A DNA stretch of 32,000 nucleotides from Sinorhizobium meliloti (lineage in GTDB: Bacteria > Pseudomonadota > Alphaproteobacteria > Rhizobiales > Rhizobiaceae). A program made the position numbers and the translations under genes. Below are positions 7,968 to 16,263 of the stretch, one piece after another. The first letter of the stretch is position 1. Every line of letters starts with the position of its first letter. The stretch lies in the NCBI RefSeq assembly GCF_017876815.1, contig NZ_JAGIOS010000002.1, forward strand, positions 90,001 through 122,000, read 5' to 3'. The notes beneath the pieces are model-generated. The model saw only the letters and a list, made by a program, of their open reading frames with translations, did not search any database and was not told where the DNA came from.

Positions 7968-9733
7968 GATGCGGTACCTTCGCGTCTTGTTTCGCCCGGC
8001 ATCATGGTCGCCACCACATCCGTTCGCGGGCCGAACTGGCTGATGCGGCCGCCTTCCAGCACGAGCAGCTTATCGGCCACCTGCATGATGGCCGGCCGGT
8101 GGGCAATCAGGATGACGATGGCGCCGTCGCTGCGCGCCTCGTCGATCGCGCGTATGAGGGCGCGCTCGCCGAGGGCATCGAGATTGGCGTTGGGCTCGTC
8201 GAGGACGAGCAGGCGTGGCCGGCCGTAAAGGCAGCGCGCCAGCGCGATGCGCTGCCGCTGCCCGCCGGAAAGCGTCAGATGCCCATCGCCCACCGGCGTA
8301 TCATAGCCGAGCGGCAGTCGTCCGATCATGTCGTGGACGTCGGCGAGCCGCGCCGCCTCGAGCACCTTGTAGGGATCGCTCTCCGCCATTCGGGCGATGT
8401 TTTCACGGATGGTTCCTTCGAGAAGGGAAACCGATTGCGGCAGATAGCCCGCGATCTGTCCGAAAGAGCTCCGTTCCCAGAGGTAGACGTTGTTGCCGTC
8501 GAGGAAGACGCCGCCGGCAGTAGGTTTCAGAATGCCGACCAGAAGCCGCGCCAGCGTGGATTTGCCCGCCGCGGAAGGGCCGACGATACCAAGCACCTCG
8601 CCGGGTGAGAGCGAGAAGTTGATGCCCTTGATGATCGGCACGTCGATGCCCGGTGCCGCGTAGACCAGCTTGTCGACGACCAGGTCGCCTTCGGAGCGCG
8701 GCGTCGGCATGGTCTGGCGAACGGCAAGGTCTTCCTTCAGTGCCGTTTCGACGCGACGCCAGCTTGCGATCGCCAACACCCATTGGCGCCAGTTCTCGAT
8801 GACGGAATCGAACGGCAGCAGAAGGCGGCCGACGAGAATGGTGGTCGCCATCATCGCGCCCGGCGAGATCTCCTGTCTCATCACGAGCAGGGCACCGGTG
8901 CCCAGCGACACCACCTGGATGGCGAAGCGCAGCGAACGGGTGATCGAGGCCATCGCCCTGCTTCTGATCCCGCTGGCCTCCAGCACGCTGAGCGCGTGCA
9001 GTTGCGCTGCGCGCCATTTCTGGGCGAGCGCGGGCAGCATTCCCATGGCTTCGATGGCTTCGGCGTGACGTAATGTCGCACCTATTTTCGACACTGCCTC
9101 AATATTAGCCTGGCTTGCCTCTTTCATGAGCTGGCGCGTCAGGAGGTCGTTGAGAAGGCCGCAGCAGACGAGTACCACGACGGAGATCGCACCGATCAGT
9201 CCGAAGAGGGGGTGCAGCAGGAACAGAACACCCAGAAAGATGGGCGACCAGGCGGCGTCGAGGGGGGCGCTCACCGCCGAAGAGGTGAGGAAGCCGCGCA
9301 GCTCGGTGAGGTCGCGCAGCGACTGCGTCGCGCGCGCAAGTCCCTGATCGGCCGATGCCTGGACGGCGGCGGTCAGGACCGGCAGGTTCAGCCAGCGGAC
9401 CACGGCGCTGCCCATGGCCTGAAAGGTGAGGGCGCGAATGTAGTCGAGCACGCCCAGAACGATCAGCGCGCCCAGGGCGAGAATCGTCAGCATGACGAGC
9501 GTATCCATGCTCTGGCTGTTCAACACCCTGTCATGCACCTGCATCATATAGAGGGGCATGGTGAGCTGCAGGAGGTTGATGCAGGCGCTGAGCAGGGCTG
9601 CATAAAGAAGCGTCACGACGAACACACGCCGGGCCCGCAGAACCAACAGCTTCGGCGCGATTGTTCCGTTTTGCGCCGGTGTTGCCCGGTTGGGCCCCTT
9701 GCTAATCAAAGGATTTCGAACAGTATCACGCAT
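7964..9733 (-). CDS. wgdA: type I secretion ABC transporter, PrtD/PrsD family, no C39 peptidase domain (ExpD1/WgdA-like)
   Basis: 589 aa. N-terminal 6-TM domain. Walker A GPSAAGKST, signature LSGGQRQR, Walker B LLVLDEP. Confidence 0.9.
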   Translation of the reverse strand: MRDTVRNPLISKGPNRATPAQNGTIAPKLLVLRARRVFVVTLLYAALLSACINLLQLTMPLYMMQVHDRVLNSQSMDTLVMLTILALGALIVLGVLDYIRALTFQAMGSAVVRWLNLPVLTAAVQASADQGLARATQSLRDLTELRGFLTSSAVSAPLDAAWSPIFLGVLFLLHPLFGLIGAISVVVLVCCGLLNDLLTRQLMKEASQANIEAVSKIGATLRHAEAIEAMGMLPALAQKWRAAQLHALSVLEASGIRSRAMASITRSLRFAIQVVSLGTGALLVMRQEISPGAMMATTILVGRLLLPFDSVIENWRQWVLAIASWRRVETALKEDLAVRQTMPTPRSEGDLVVDKLVYAAPGIDVPIIKGINFSLSPGEVLGIVGPSAAGKSTLARLLVGILKPTAGGVFLDGNNVYLWERSSFGQIAGYLPQSVSLLEGTIRENIARMAESDPYKVLEAARLADVHDMIGRLPLGYDTPVGDGHLTLSGGQRQRIALARCLYGRPRLLVLDEPNANLDALGERALIRAIDEARSDGAIVILIAHRPAIMQVADKLLVLEGGRISQFGPRTDVVATMMPGETRREGTAS

Positions 9734-9878
9734 GGGGCGATCTTCTAATTAGCGCATTCGCGGGTTTCATGGGGCGATCTGGTCCAGATTCACTCAAATC
9801 ACAGTATTGTTGCGATAAGTGTGACACAATAAACATCGCCAGCTCAAGAGCACGCAATTTCGGGGCAGGGGTGTTATG

Positions 9879-9905
9879 AAATTACTTCAAGTTTTGAAGT
9901 AATTT
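9879..9905. promoter_or_regulatory. 12-bp-arm perfect palindrome AAATTACTTCAA-gtt-TTGAAGTAATTT in the wgdA/wggR divergent promoter region; WggR(ExpG)-operator type
   Basis: Arms at 9879-9890 and 9894-9905 are exact reverse complements. The same core recurs at 6493-6513 and 11912-11926. An extra GAAGTA half-site lies at 9916-9921. Confidence 0.75.
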
Positions 9906-9929
9906 TCCGGAATTGGAAGTACGTTCCCA

Positions 9930-10514
9930 ATGGAGAGAGGGATGAACCACAGGATACTCTATCCGTTCGCAGACTTTGGAGACACTGTTGCAATCCTTCC
10001 CGCGAATGAAACGCAGCGGAAAGGCCTCGATACCCCTGTAGACGATCGTGACGGAGATGATTCGCTCGTCACCTATTTCGAGCTGGCCCGGGTCATGGAG
10101 CGTGCAAGCCGCCGCTTTTCCGGCCTATTGCGTGCGGAACTGACAAAGCTCGGGGTCGAAGATATCGGTCCCGCGCAGGCGATGGTTCTTCTGGCCATCG
10201 GCGAGGCGGAGCTCTCGGTGGGAGAGCTTCTGGACAGGGGCCACTATGTGGGTTCGAACATCTCCTATTATCTGAAGCAGCTTGCCGACGGCGACTACAT
10301 CGACCGGATCGCATCGCAGCGTGACAAGCGTTCGGCCCGCATCCGGCTTTCAGAGAAAGGCAGGCAGCTTTGCGCCGGCCTGCGTCAGGCGGCTAAGGGC
10401 TACGAACGCGCCCTCAGCCATGGCGATCAGGACCGGCGGAATCTGGAGACCGCCTTCCAGACACTGCACCGCCTCGAACTCGTCTGGGGGAATGCCGCAC
10501 GCTACGGCATCTGA
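9930..10514 (+). CDS. wggR: MarR-family transcriptional activator of the galactoglucan genes (ExpG/MucS/WggR-like)
   Basis: Winged-helix MarR core (IGPAQAMVLLAIGEAELSVGELLDRGHYVGSNISYYLKQLADGDYIDRIASQRDKRSARIRLSEKG). It is divergent from wgdA. An alternative start at ATG 9942 has the better RBS (GGAGAGAGGG). Confidence 0.85.
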   Translation: MERGMNHRILYPFADFGDTVAILPANETQRKGLDTPVDDRDGDDSLVTYFELARVMERASRRFSGLLRAELTKLGVEDIGPAQAMVLLAIGEAELSVGELLDRGHYVGSNISYYLKQLADGDYIDRIASQRDKRSARIRLSEKGRQLCAGLRQAAKGYERALSHGDQDRRNLETAFQTLHRLELVWGNAARYGI

Positions 10515-10571
10515 TGCTCCATCTGCATGTTCCTCAAAGCGTAACCGAGCAAGGGCGGTAACATGCAGGAA

Positions 10572-10586
10572 ATCCAAATATTGCAA
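10572..10586. promoter_or_regulatory. degenerate copy of the operator core (ATCCAA-ata-TTGCAA) between wggR and wgcA
   Basis: The N3 spacing is kept, but there are 3 mismatches to CTTCAA-N3-TTGAAG. Weak. Confidence 0.25.
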
Positions 10587-10594
10587 CGAGCTTT

Positions 10595-10614
10595 GCGCGT
10601 CCCTTCGGACGCGC
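10595..10614 (+). terminator. GC-rich hairpin GCGCGTCC-cttc-GGACGCGC after wggR (partial terminator/attenuator candidate, no U-tract)
   Basis: Perfect 8-bp stem with a 4-nt loop, 81 nt after the wggR stop and 38 nt before the wgcA start. Confidence 0.4.
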
Positions 10615-10651
10615 GGCGCTGCAGGTGTGATCGATCACTGACAAGTGGCTT

Positions 10652-11905
10652 ATGAAGATGCATGTAGCATTCGTACACCGCCGTGGGTTCGGCCAGTTCG
10701 CCGCCCTGGCAAGACATCTGGCTGAGGCGGGGAACGAGGTGACGCTGGTGACGGAGACCGTGGACCAGCGGATACCTTCCGTCCGGGTCGTCCGGCATCG
10801 GGCGGAACCCGGTCCGCAACCGAATCCCCACATTGCGCGCCATCTTGGCGTTCCCGACCATCATGTCCGGATCGGACACAGGGTAGCGGAAACCTTCGAC
10901 GCGATGGGCCGCCTTGGACAGAGCCCCGACATCGTTCTTGGTCATATAGGCTGGGGCAGCATGATGTTCGTGAAGGATGTCCTGCCGCGCGTGCCGGCAC
11001 TCGGCTATTGCGAGTTTTTCTATCGGTCGGAAGGGGCGGATGTCGGCTTCGCGCCGGACGACCGTCCCGACTCCGAGACGCGCAAACGCTTGCGCCTCCG
11101 CAACATCGCGCAGCTGCTGTCGCTGGAGGCGATGGATGGCGGTGTCAGCCCGACCAATTGGCAGAAGAGCCTCTATCCAGCCGACGCGCGGCAACGAATC
11201 GCCGTTTGCCATGAGGGAGTGGACACGCGCCGTTTCCGCCCCGACCCGGCGGCTTCGCTGAAGCTGCCGGACGGGCGCGTACTCAAGGCCGGCGATCCCG
11301 TCGTCACTTTCGTGGCACGGGACCTCGAGCCCTACCGGGGCTTTCCCCAGGCGCTGGAGGCGGCGGCGAAGGTCGTCCGGCGGCATCCGGACGCGCTGTT
11401 CGTCTTCGTCGGCGGCGATGGGGTGAGTTACGGCGCGCCGCCCCCTGGCGGGGGATCGTGGAAGGATCATCTGCTTGCGTCTCTGGATGTCCCGCGTGAA
11501 AGGCTCATCTTCCCCGGCGTCGTGCCGCATTCCGTGCTACGTCAGCTTTTTCAGATATCGGCGGCGCATCTCTACCTCACCTATCCCTTCGTGCTTTCCT
11601 GGTCGGTGCTTGAGGCAATGGCCTGCGGCGCTCTTGTCATCGGCTCCGATACCGCGCCGGTTCAGGAAGTCATCCGCTCCGGCCGCAACGGTCTTCTCGT
11701 CCCGTTCTTCGATACCGATGCGCTCGCCGAGACGATCGTCGGGGCATTGAACCGCCCGGACAACTTCCGCGAACTGCGCGGCGCCGCGCGCAGAACGGTC
11801 GAACAGAGGTTCCGGTTGGACGACTGCCTCGCGCGCCAGTTGACGCTGATCGGCAATCTCACCGGTCAAAATGCTGCGCAAGCGAAAGAAACGCAGTTTG
11901 TCTGA
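10652..11905 (+). CDS. wgcA: glycosyltransferase, GT4 type (ExpC/WgcA-like)
   Basis: 417 aa. GT-B fold signature in the C-terminal half: LTYPFVLSWSVLEAMACGALVIGSDTAPVQEVIRSGRNGLLV. Confidence 0.85.
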   Translation: MKMHVAFVHRRGFGQFAALARHLAEAGNEVTLVTETVDQRIPSVRVVRHRAEPGPQPNPHIARHLGVPDHHVRIGHRVAETFDAMGRLGQSPDIVLGHIGWGSMMFVKDVLPRVPALGYCEFFYRSEGADVGFAPDDRPDSETRKRLRLRNIAQLLSLEAMDGGVSPTNWQKSLYPADARQRIAVCHEGVDTRRFRPDPAASLKLPDGRVLKAGDPVVTFVARDLEPYRGFPQALEAAAKVVRRHPDALFVFVGGDGVSYGAPPPGGGSWKDHLLASLDVPRERLIFPGVVPHSVLRQLFQISAAHLYLTYPFVLSWSVLEAMACGALVIGSDTAPVQEVIRSGRNGLLVPFFDTDALAETIVGALNRPDNFRELRGAARRTVEQRFRLDDCLARQLTLIGNLTGQNAAQAKETQFV

Positions 11906-11908
11906 ATA

Positions 11909-11930
11909 TTGCTTCAATTTTTGAAGTATA
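11909..11930. promoter_or_regulatory. operator-like palindrome (G)CTTCAA-ttt-TTGAAG(TA) upstream of wgaA
   Basis: Core arms at 11912-11917 and 11921-11926 are exact reverse complements. It begins 7 nt after the wgcA stop codon and lies about 165 nt before the wgaA start. Confidence 0.6.
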
Positions 11931-12088
11931 AATACCGGGTAAAGCCCCAAGAATCTATTGTTGTGCACTGCGGAATCCACGGATATGGTTTGCTCCATGA
12001 GGTTCTGGACCGCGAATATTCCCGGACCATCATTTTTTCATCTTCTGGATAAATCGATTTATTCTGGGGTCGCTGCGTGCAAGAGTTG

Positions 12089-13561
12089 ATGTCTTCTAAC
12101 GTGAGGCAGTCGCCGGCGAAGCGAAGGCTGGTCGTGGCATCCGGTCTGGACCGGGAAAATTTCGAAGGGAGCGACATCGAGCATCTGGTTCATTTTCTCG
12201 AACCGGATGCAGCTTTGCGATTTCCCCTGCAGAACGCCTTTCCTCTTATCGCGCTTGCCTTCTCGGATGAGGGTGAAGCCGATCTGCGGGAAGGGCTCGC
12301 GTCCATCAATGCTCTTGGTACCATCCCCGAGATACCGCTTCAGCGGATCGACGCGGACGGTAAAGCGGACAGCCTTGCGCTCGTGCGGTCGCTGGTGGAG
12401 GGAGGAGTGGGTCGGCTCTCCCGTTTCACGTCGTCGGTAACCGCCGAGCTCGCCATTCTCCGGCGTGAGCGAGAAACGCTGCTCGAAAATTACCGCGCGC
12501 TGGAGGATGCCTTTCAGGCCCGCAATTGGGAACCGGTCGCGGAGATATTCGCCCACGACCCTTATGCCGACCCGAAGGACGAGGGCATCGGGCAGCTCCT
12601 TGCGACCGGCTGCGTCGAGCAGCTTCTTCCGGTCTCTAGTCTTGGCGTTGCGGGGGTCGCGCTGCACCTTCATTCCGTGCCCAGGGAGGGCGGCGAACTG
12701 GTCGTCATGCTGGGTTATGTCGAGAATGGCGAGGGCGTGGCCGAATGGACCGTGCCCTATGCGCAGCTCGCGGCAAACTGGAATTTCCTCGCCCTGCCGC
12801 GCGCTTGCGGCGGCGCCGCGAGAACGCTGCGGCTTAGAATCTCAACGGCCGGCACGGAGACTGTAGGGCTTTCACTCGGCTATCCGATCGCGAGCGAGCG
12901 GTACACAGCCCGCTCGGAAACCCCGCATCCCGATCTCGATCTCCGGCCCCTGGCGTTCCGCGTCTTTACGGGACTGCCCGGCGTCAAACCGACGCGCATG
13001 CCGAACATGATCGCTCCGACCGCCTTGCTCGAAGGCCACTTCATCGAGGATTATCGTCTGGCGGTCGAATTGCTTAGTCAGATCGTCGACGTTTCGGTCA
13101 CGCCGGTCGTTCCCGAATTCCAGACCGTCCGCTTCCTCGAGCATGAGAACGCGGTCGTTTGCCACCCGCTGCCGAGTGGAATCTCCGCCGGCACGATCGG
13201 CCGCGCAGTGGAACCCGGCACCATCTCCTTCTCCGCAAGCGCGATCATCGATCACCCGAAGGGCGCACCCGCGGCCGTGAGCTTCCTGCTCGCTCCGGCG
13301 AACTCCAATGCGCGCTCGGAAGTGGCGGAACTCGCGCGCAAGGGTGCTGCCAAGCCCTCGGCCTTCTTCAGCGGCTGGCGCGAGGTCACCTCCGAGCAGG
13401 CGGTCAACGTGAACTTTCAACTGGACAAGCCCGTGCGCGAGCCGATGGACCTCATGATTCTCAGCCGCGCGGTGACGGATACGGTCGATTTCTCCTGGCT
13501 CAAGGTCTCCGGCTTCCGATTGGTAAAGCAGTCCGCAGGGGCGTCCAATGTCCGGAAATAA
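12089..13561 (+). CDS. wgaA: protein of unknown function, first gene of the wga operon (ExpA1/WgaA position)
   Basis: Long ORF with strong GC3 bias, no TM segment or signal peptide, and no motif I recognise. ATG 12089 (MSSNVRQSPAKRR...); GTG 12077 is also possible. Confidence 0.75.
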   Translation: MSSNVRQSPAKRRLVVASGLDRENFEGSDIEHLVHFLEPDAALRFPLQNAFPLIALAFSDEGEADLREGLASINALGTIPEIPLQRIDADGKADSLALVRSLVEGGVGRLSRFTSSVTAELAILRRERETLLENYRALEDAFQARNWEPVAEIFAHDPYADPKDEGIGQLLATGCVEQLLPVSSLGVAGVALHLHSVPREGGELVVMLGYVENGEGVAEWTVPYAQLAANWNFLALPRACGGAARTLRLRISTAGTETVGLSLGYPIASERYTARSETPHPDLDLRPLAFRVFTGLPGVKPTRMPNMIAPTALLEGHFIEDYRLAVELLSQIVDVSVTPVVPEFQTVRFLEHENAVVCHPLPSGISAGTIGRAVEPGTISFSASAIIDHPKGAPAAVSFLLAPANSNARSEVAELARKGAAKPSAFFSGWREVTSEQAVNVNFQLDKPVREPMDLMILSRAVTDTVDFSWLKVSGFRLVKQSAGASNVRK

Positions 13562-16229
13562 GGAAAACTCGGACCTGATCGTGGTGGCAATGCCGCTTTA
13601 TGGCCACGCAGCCCTCGTCCTGGAGGCGATCGAGTCCGTGCTCGCTTCGAAGCTTGCCGGGTGCCGGGTGGCAGTGGTGGTGTCCGTCGATGGTGATCCG
13701 CGACAGGAGACATTCGATCAGTTGCTGCTCTATGCGGCGGCCCATCCTGCGGTTCATGTGCTTTTCGGGGCCAATGCCGGGCCGGGCGGGGCGCGCAATC
13801 GCGCGATCGACTACGTGCTCGCGAATCTGCCGGAAGCAGAGGCCGTCTATTTTCTCGATGCCGACAATCGCGTGCTGCCCGGGACCATCGAGACTCTCTA
13901 CCGGCAACTGCGCGCCAGCGGCTGCGGCTGGATCTATACCAATATCGACACGTTTTCGGTGAGCTGGCGCGCCCATTACGGCAATCGCTACTCGCGGCTT
14001 CTGCACTGCATCACGGACAATATCTGCGACACCGGTTCGATGATCTCGATCGACGTTTTCCGGGCGGGGGTCCGCTTCGACGACGACAGGCAGAACGGTT
14101 TCGAGGATTGGGAGTTCTGGCTGTCCTGCATCGAGCACGGCTTCGTGGGGGCGCCGTGCCACGACACGACCTTCGAATACCGGCTGAGGGCGGAAAGCCG
14201 CTTCAAGGAGGCGAACCGCGATCGCGCCGCCTCGGTGAGCTTCCTCAGAAAGCGCCACCGGGCGCTGTTCCAGCGGCCAATGCTGGTCGATTTCGAGCAC
14301 GAGGAATGCCCGCGCTATCTTTTCGCACGGACGGAAGATGCCGCCATTTCGTTCTTTACGGATCCGACCAAGACGCCCAGGCGTCTTCGCCTCGACGATA
14401 TCATTCCAGCCTTCTGGGCGAGCATCGGCGAGCCTGACAACGTTCACTTCCCGCCCTTCCTGATCGCCGGAAGCGGTGCCACGCTCGATCTGCTGCTGCG
14501 CTCCCGGATGCTGCCGAACGTGCTCTCCCATCTGGAGCGCCTGAGCGAGAAGGCCAACGTGGTCTTCGTCCAGCTCGGCAACGATGCGGCTCAGCGCAAG
14601 ATCGAGCCGGTCTTCCTGGAGGCCGGCGCCCAGCACAACGCACCGGCCGACCTCATCTTCCTGTCCACTTCGCTCGTGCGCGACGTCATTCATAACAAGG
14701 CGCTGGACTGGTTTGCCTCCATCGGCAACCAGCAGGTCTGGCCGACATCGGCAATTCTGAAAGTCCGCTTCCCTTTCCCGAGAAGCCTGCCGCGCCGCTC
14801 GCTCATCACGCCCCAGCAGGTGATGATCAATTGCGTCAATGCCATCGCGACCAGTCCGCTGCGGCGGACCGCCGGCAAACGCTGGACCTGGCGTCCGGCA
14901 CGGCTCGTTCCCTATTCCGACCTCCACAAGGCGCTTCGCCACGAGATCGGTGGCTCGCCCGTGTTGCCGCTCGGTCATAGCGAGGGAAGCAGGAAGACCG
15001 CAGCCCTGCTTGTTCCGAATGCATCCTTCGGCGGTGCCGAGAAGGTCGTATATGCGGCCTCGCGCGAGCTGAAGGCCGCCGGCTACGAGACCCATCTCTT
15101 CGTGCTCGGCACATCCAGGATGGATGTGATCGACGAGTTCGATCAGAGCTTCGACTATATTCACTTCTGGGACCAAGGCATTCCCGCCTGGGGCGGCTCC
15201 GGCTCGTTCCTGGGGCAGGACTTCATCGCCGAGGGCCACGACGTCGATTGGGCTGCGCTCAAGGGTCAGCTTTCCGGCTTCGACCTCGTGATCAACAATC
15301 ACGTCATGGCGGTGCATCCGCTTATCGCGCGGTTACGCTCGGAGGGAACGCGCACCGCCTGCTACCTTCACGTGGTCGACAATACCTCCTTCAAAAGGCC
15401 CGCCGGTCAGCCCTTCGCGGCGATTGCCCACGAGCATTGCTACGATGCCTTCCTGACCTGCTCGGAGCAGCTCAAGATCTATCTGCACAGCTTCGGCGTT
15501 CCCTATGAAAAGATCTTCGCCGTCCCCAACGGCGCGAGCTTCTCCGTGCCGCCCAAGGTTCTCGCGGAGGTGCTGTCGGTCAGGCGCATCGAACGCAAGG
15601 ACGATCGGCTTCGGGTCCTCTATATGGGTCGGCTCGATCAGCAGAAGGGGATCGACCGTCTCGCTGCGGCGTTCGCCGAATTGCGGGCTTCGCGCGTGCC
15701 ATTCGATGCCCGGGCGATCGGCGGGGAAATCCTCGCGGATGCCACCTTGTCGTGGACGGATCGCCTGAAGGACCTCGGCGTCGAGGTGCGCCCGCCGGTG
15801 TTCGCAAGCAAGGACCTGATCAAGGCCCTCGGTTGGGCGGATGTCCTTCTGATGCCGTCGCGCTGGGAGGGCGCTCCCTTGATGATCGCCGAGGCGCAGC
15901 AGCTCGGCTGCGTCCCGATCGCGACGGCAGTCGGTGCCGTCGACGAACTCATAACCGACGGCGAGGACGGCATCCTCATCGAGGCCGCCGCCGATCCCCA
16001 GGTGGTCCGGGACATGGCAAAGGCCATCGAGGAGGTGGCCAACAACCGCCAGATGCTCGCGCCCCTCATGGAGGGGTGCCTGAGAACGGCGGCACGCCGC
16101 TCATGGACGTCCTCCTTTTCCGAGTTCCTCGGCTGGTGCGACCGTTCCGTGAACAATTCATCGCTTTCGCGCGCAACGGTCATCCGTGGGCGCGAAGCAT
16201 CCAATCCCGGAGTTGCGGCCGTGGGCTGA
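13548..16229 (+). CDS. wgaB: bifunctional glycosyltransferase: N-terminal GT2 domain plus C-terminal GT4 domain (ExpA23/WgaB-like)
   Basis: 893 aa. GT2 region at residues ~10-230 (IVVAMPLYGH..., DxD in YFLDADN). GT4 region at residues ~485-860 (FGGAEKVV..., MPSRWEGAPLMIAEAQQLGCVPIATAVGAVDELITDGEDG). The ATG overlaps the wgaA 3' end by 14 nt. Confidence 0.85.
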   Translation: MSGNKENSDLIVVAMPLYGHAALVLEAIESVLASKLAGCRVAVVVSVDGDPRQETFDQLLLYAAAHPAVHVLFGANAGPGGARNRAIDYVLANLPEAEAVYFLDADNRVLPGTIETLYRQLRASGCGWIYTNIDTFSVSWRAHYGNRYSRLLHCITDNICDTGSMISIDVFRAGVRFDDDRQNGFEDWEFWLSCIEHGFVGAPCHDTTFEYRLRAESRFKEANRDRAASVSFLRKRHRALFQRPMLVDFEHEECPRYLFARTEDAAISFFTDPTKTPRRLRLDDIIPAFWASIGEPDNVHFPPFLIAGSGATLDLLLRSRMLPNVLSHLERLSEKANVVFVQLGNDAAQRKIEPVFLEAGAQHNAPADLIFLSTSLVRDVIHNKALDWFASIGNQQVWPTSAILKVRFPFPRSLPRRSLITPQQVMINCVNAIATSPLRRTAGKRWTWRPARLVPYSDLHKALRHEIGGSPVLPLGHSEGSRKTAALLVPNASFGGAEKVVYAASRELKAAGYETHLFVLGTSRMDVIDEFDQSFDYIHFWDQGIPAWGGSGSFLGQDFIAEGHDVDWAALKGQLSGFDLVINNHVMAVHPLIARLRSEGTRTACYLHVVDNTSFKRPAGQPFAAIAHEHCYDAFLTCSEQLKIYLHSFGVPYEKIFAVPNGASFSVPPKVLAEVLSVRRIERKDDRLRVLYMGRLDQQKGIDRLAAAFAELRASRVPFDARAIGGEILADATLSWTDRLKDLGVEVRPPVFASKDLIKALGWADVLLMPSRWEGAPLMIAEAQQLGCVPIATAVGAVDELITDGEDGILIEAAADPQVVRDMAKAIEEVANNRQMLAPLMEGCLRTAARRSWTSSFSEFLGWCDRSVNNSSLSRATVIRGREASNPGVAAVG

Positions 16230-16263
16230 GGCCCCGCCGGTTTCAAGAAGAAGGGTCGATTGC

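Noticed and set aside
9805-9831. TATTGT-N15-ACAATA inverted repeat in the wgdA/wggR spacer
   Set aside because: It has only 6-bp AT-rich arms in an AT-rich spacer, so it is likely chance.
13500-15317. 605-aa minus-strand ORF antisense to wgaB, plus similar long shadow ORFs (10502..11530, 21414..22343, 22313..22894, 23330..24313, 6621..7601, 4744..5496, 2435..3385, 25434..26081)
   Set aside because: Each lies opposite, or out of frame with, a gene that has family-specific catalytic motifs. These are high-GC shadow ORFs with no RBS or start context.
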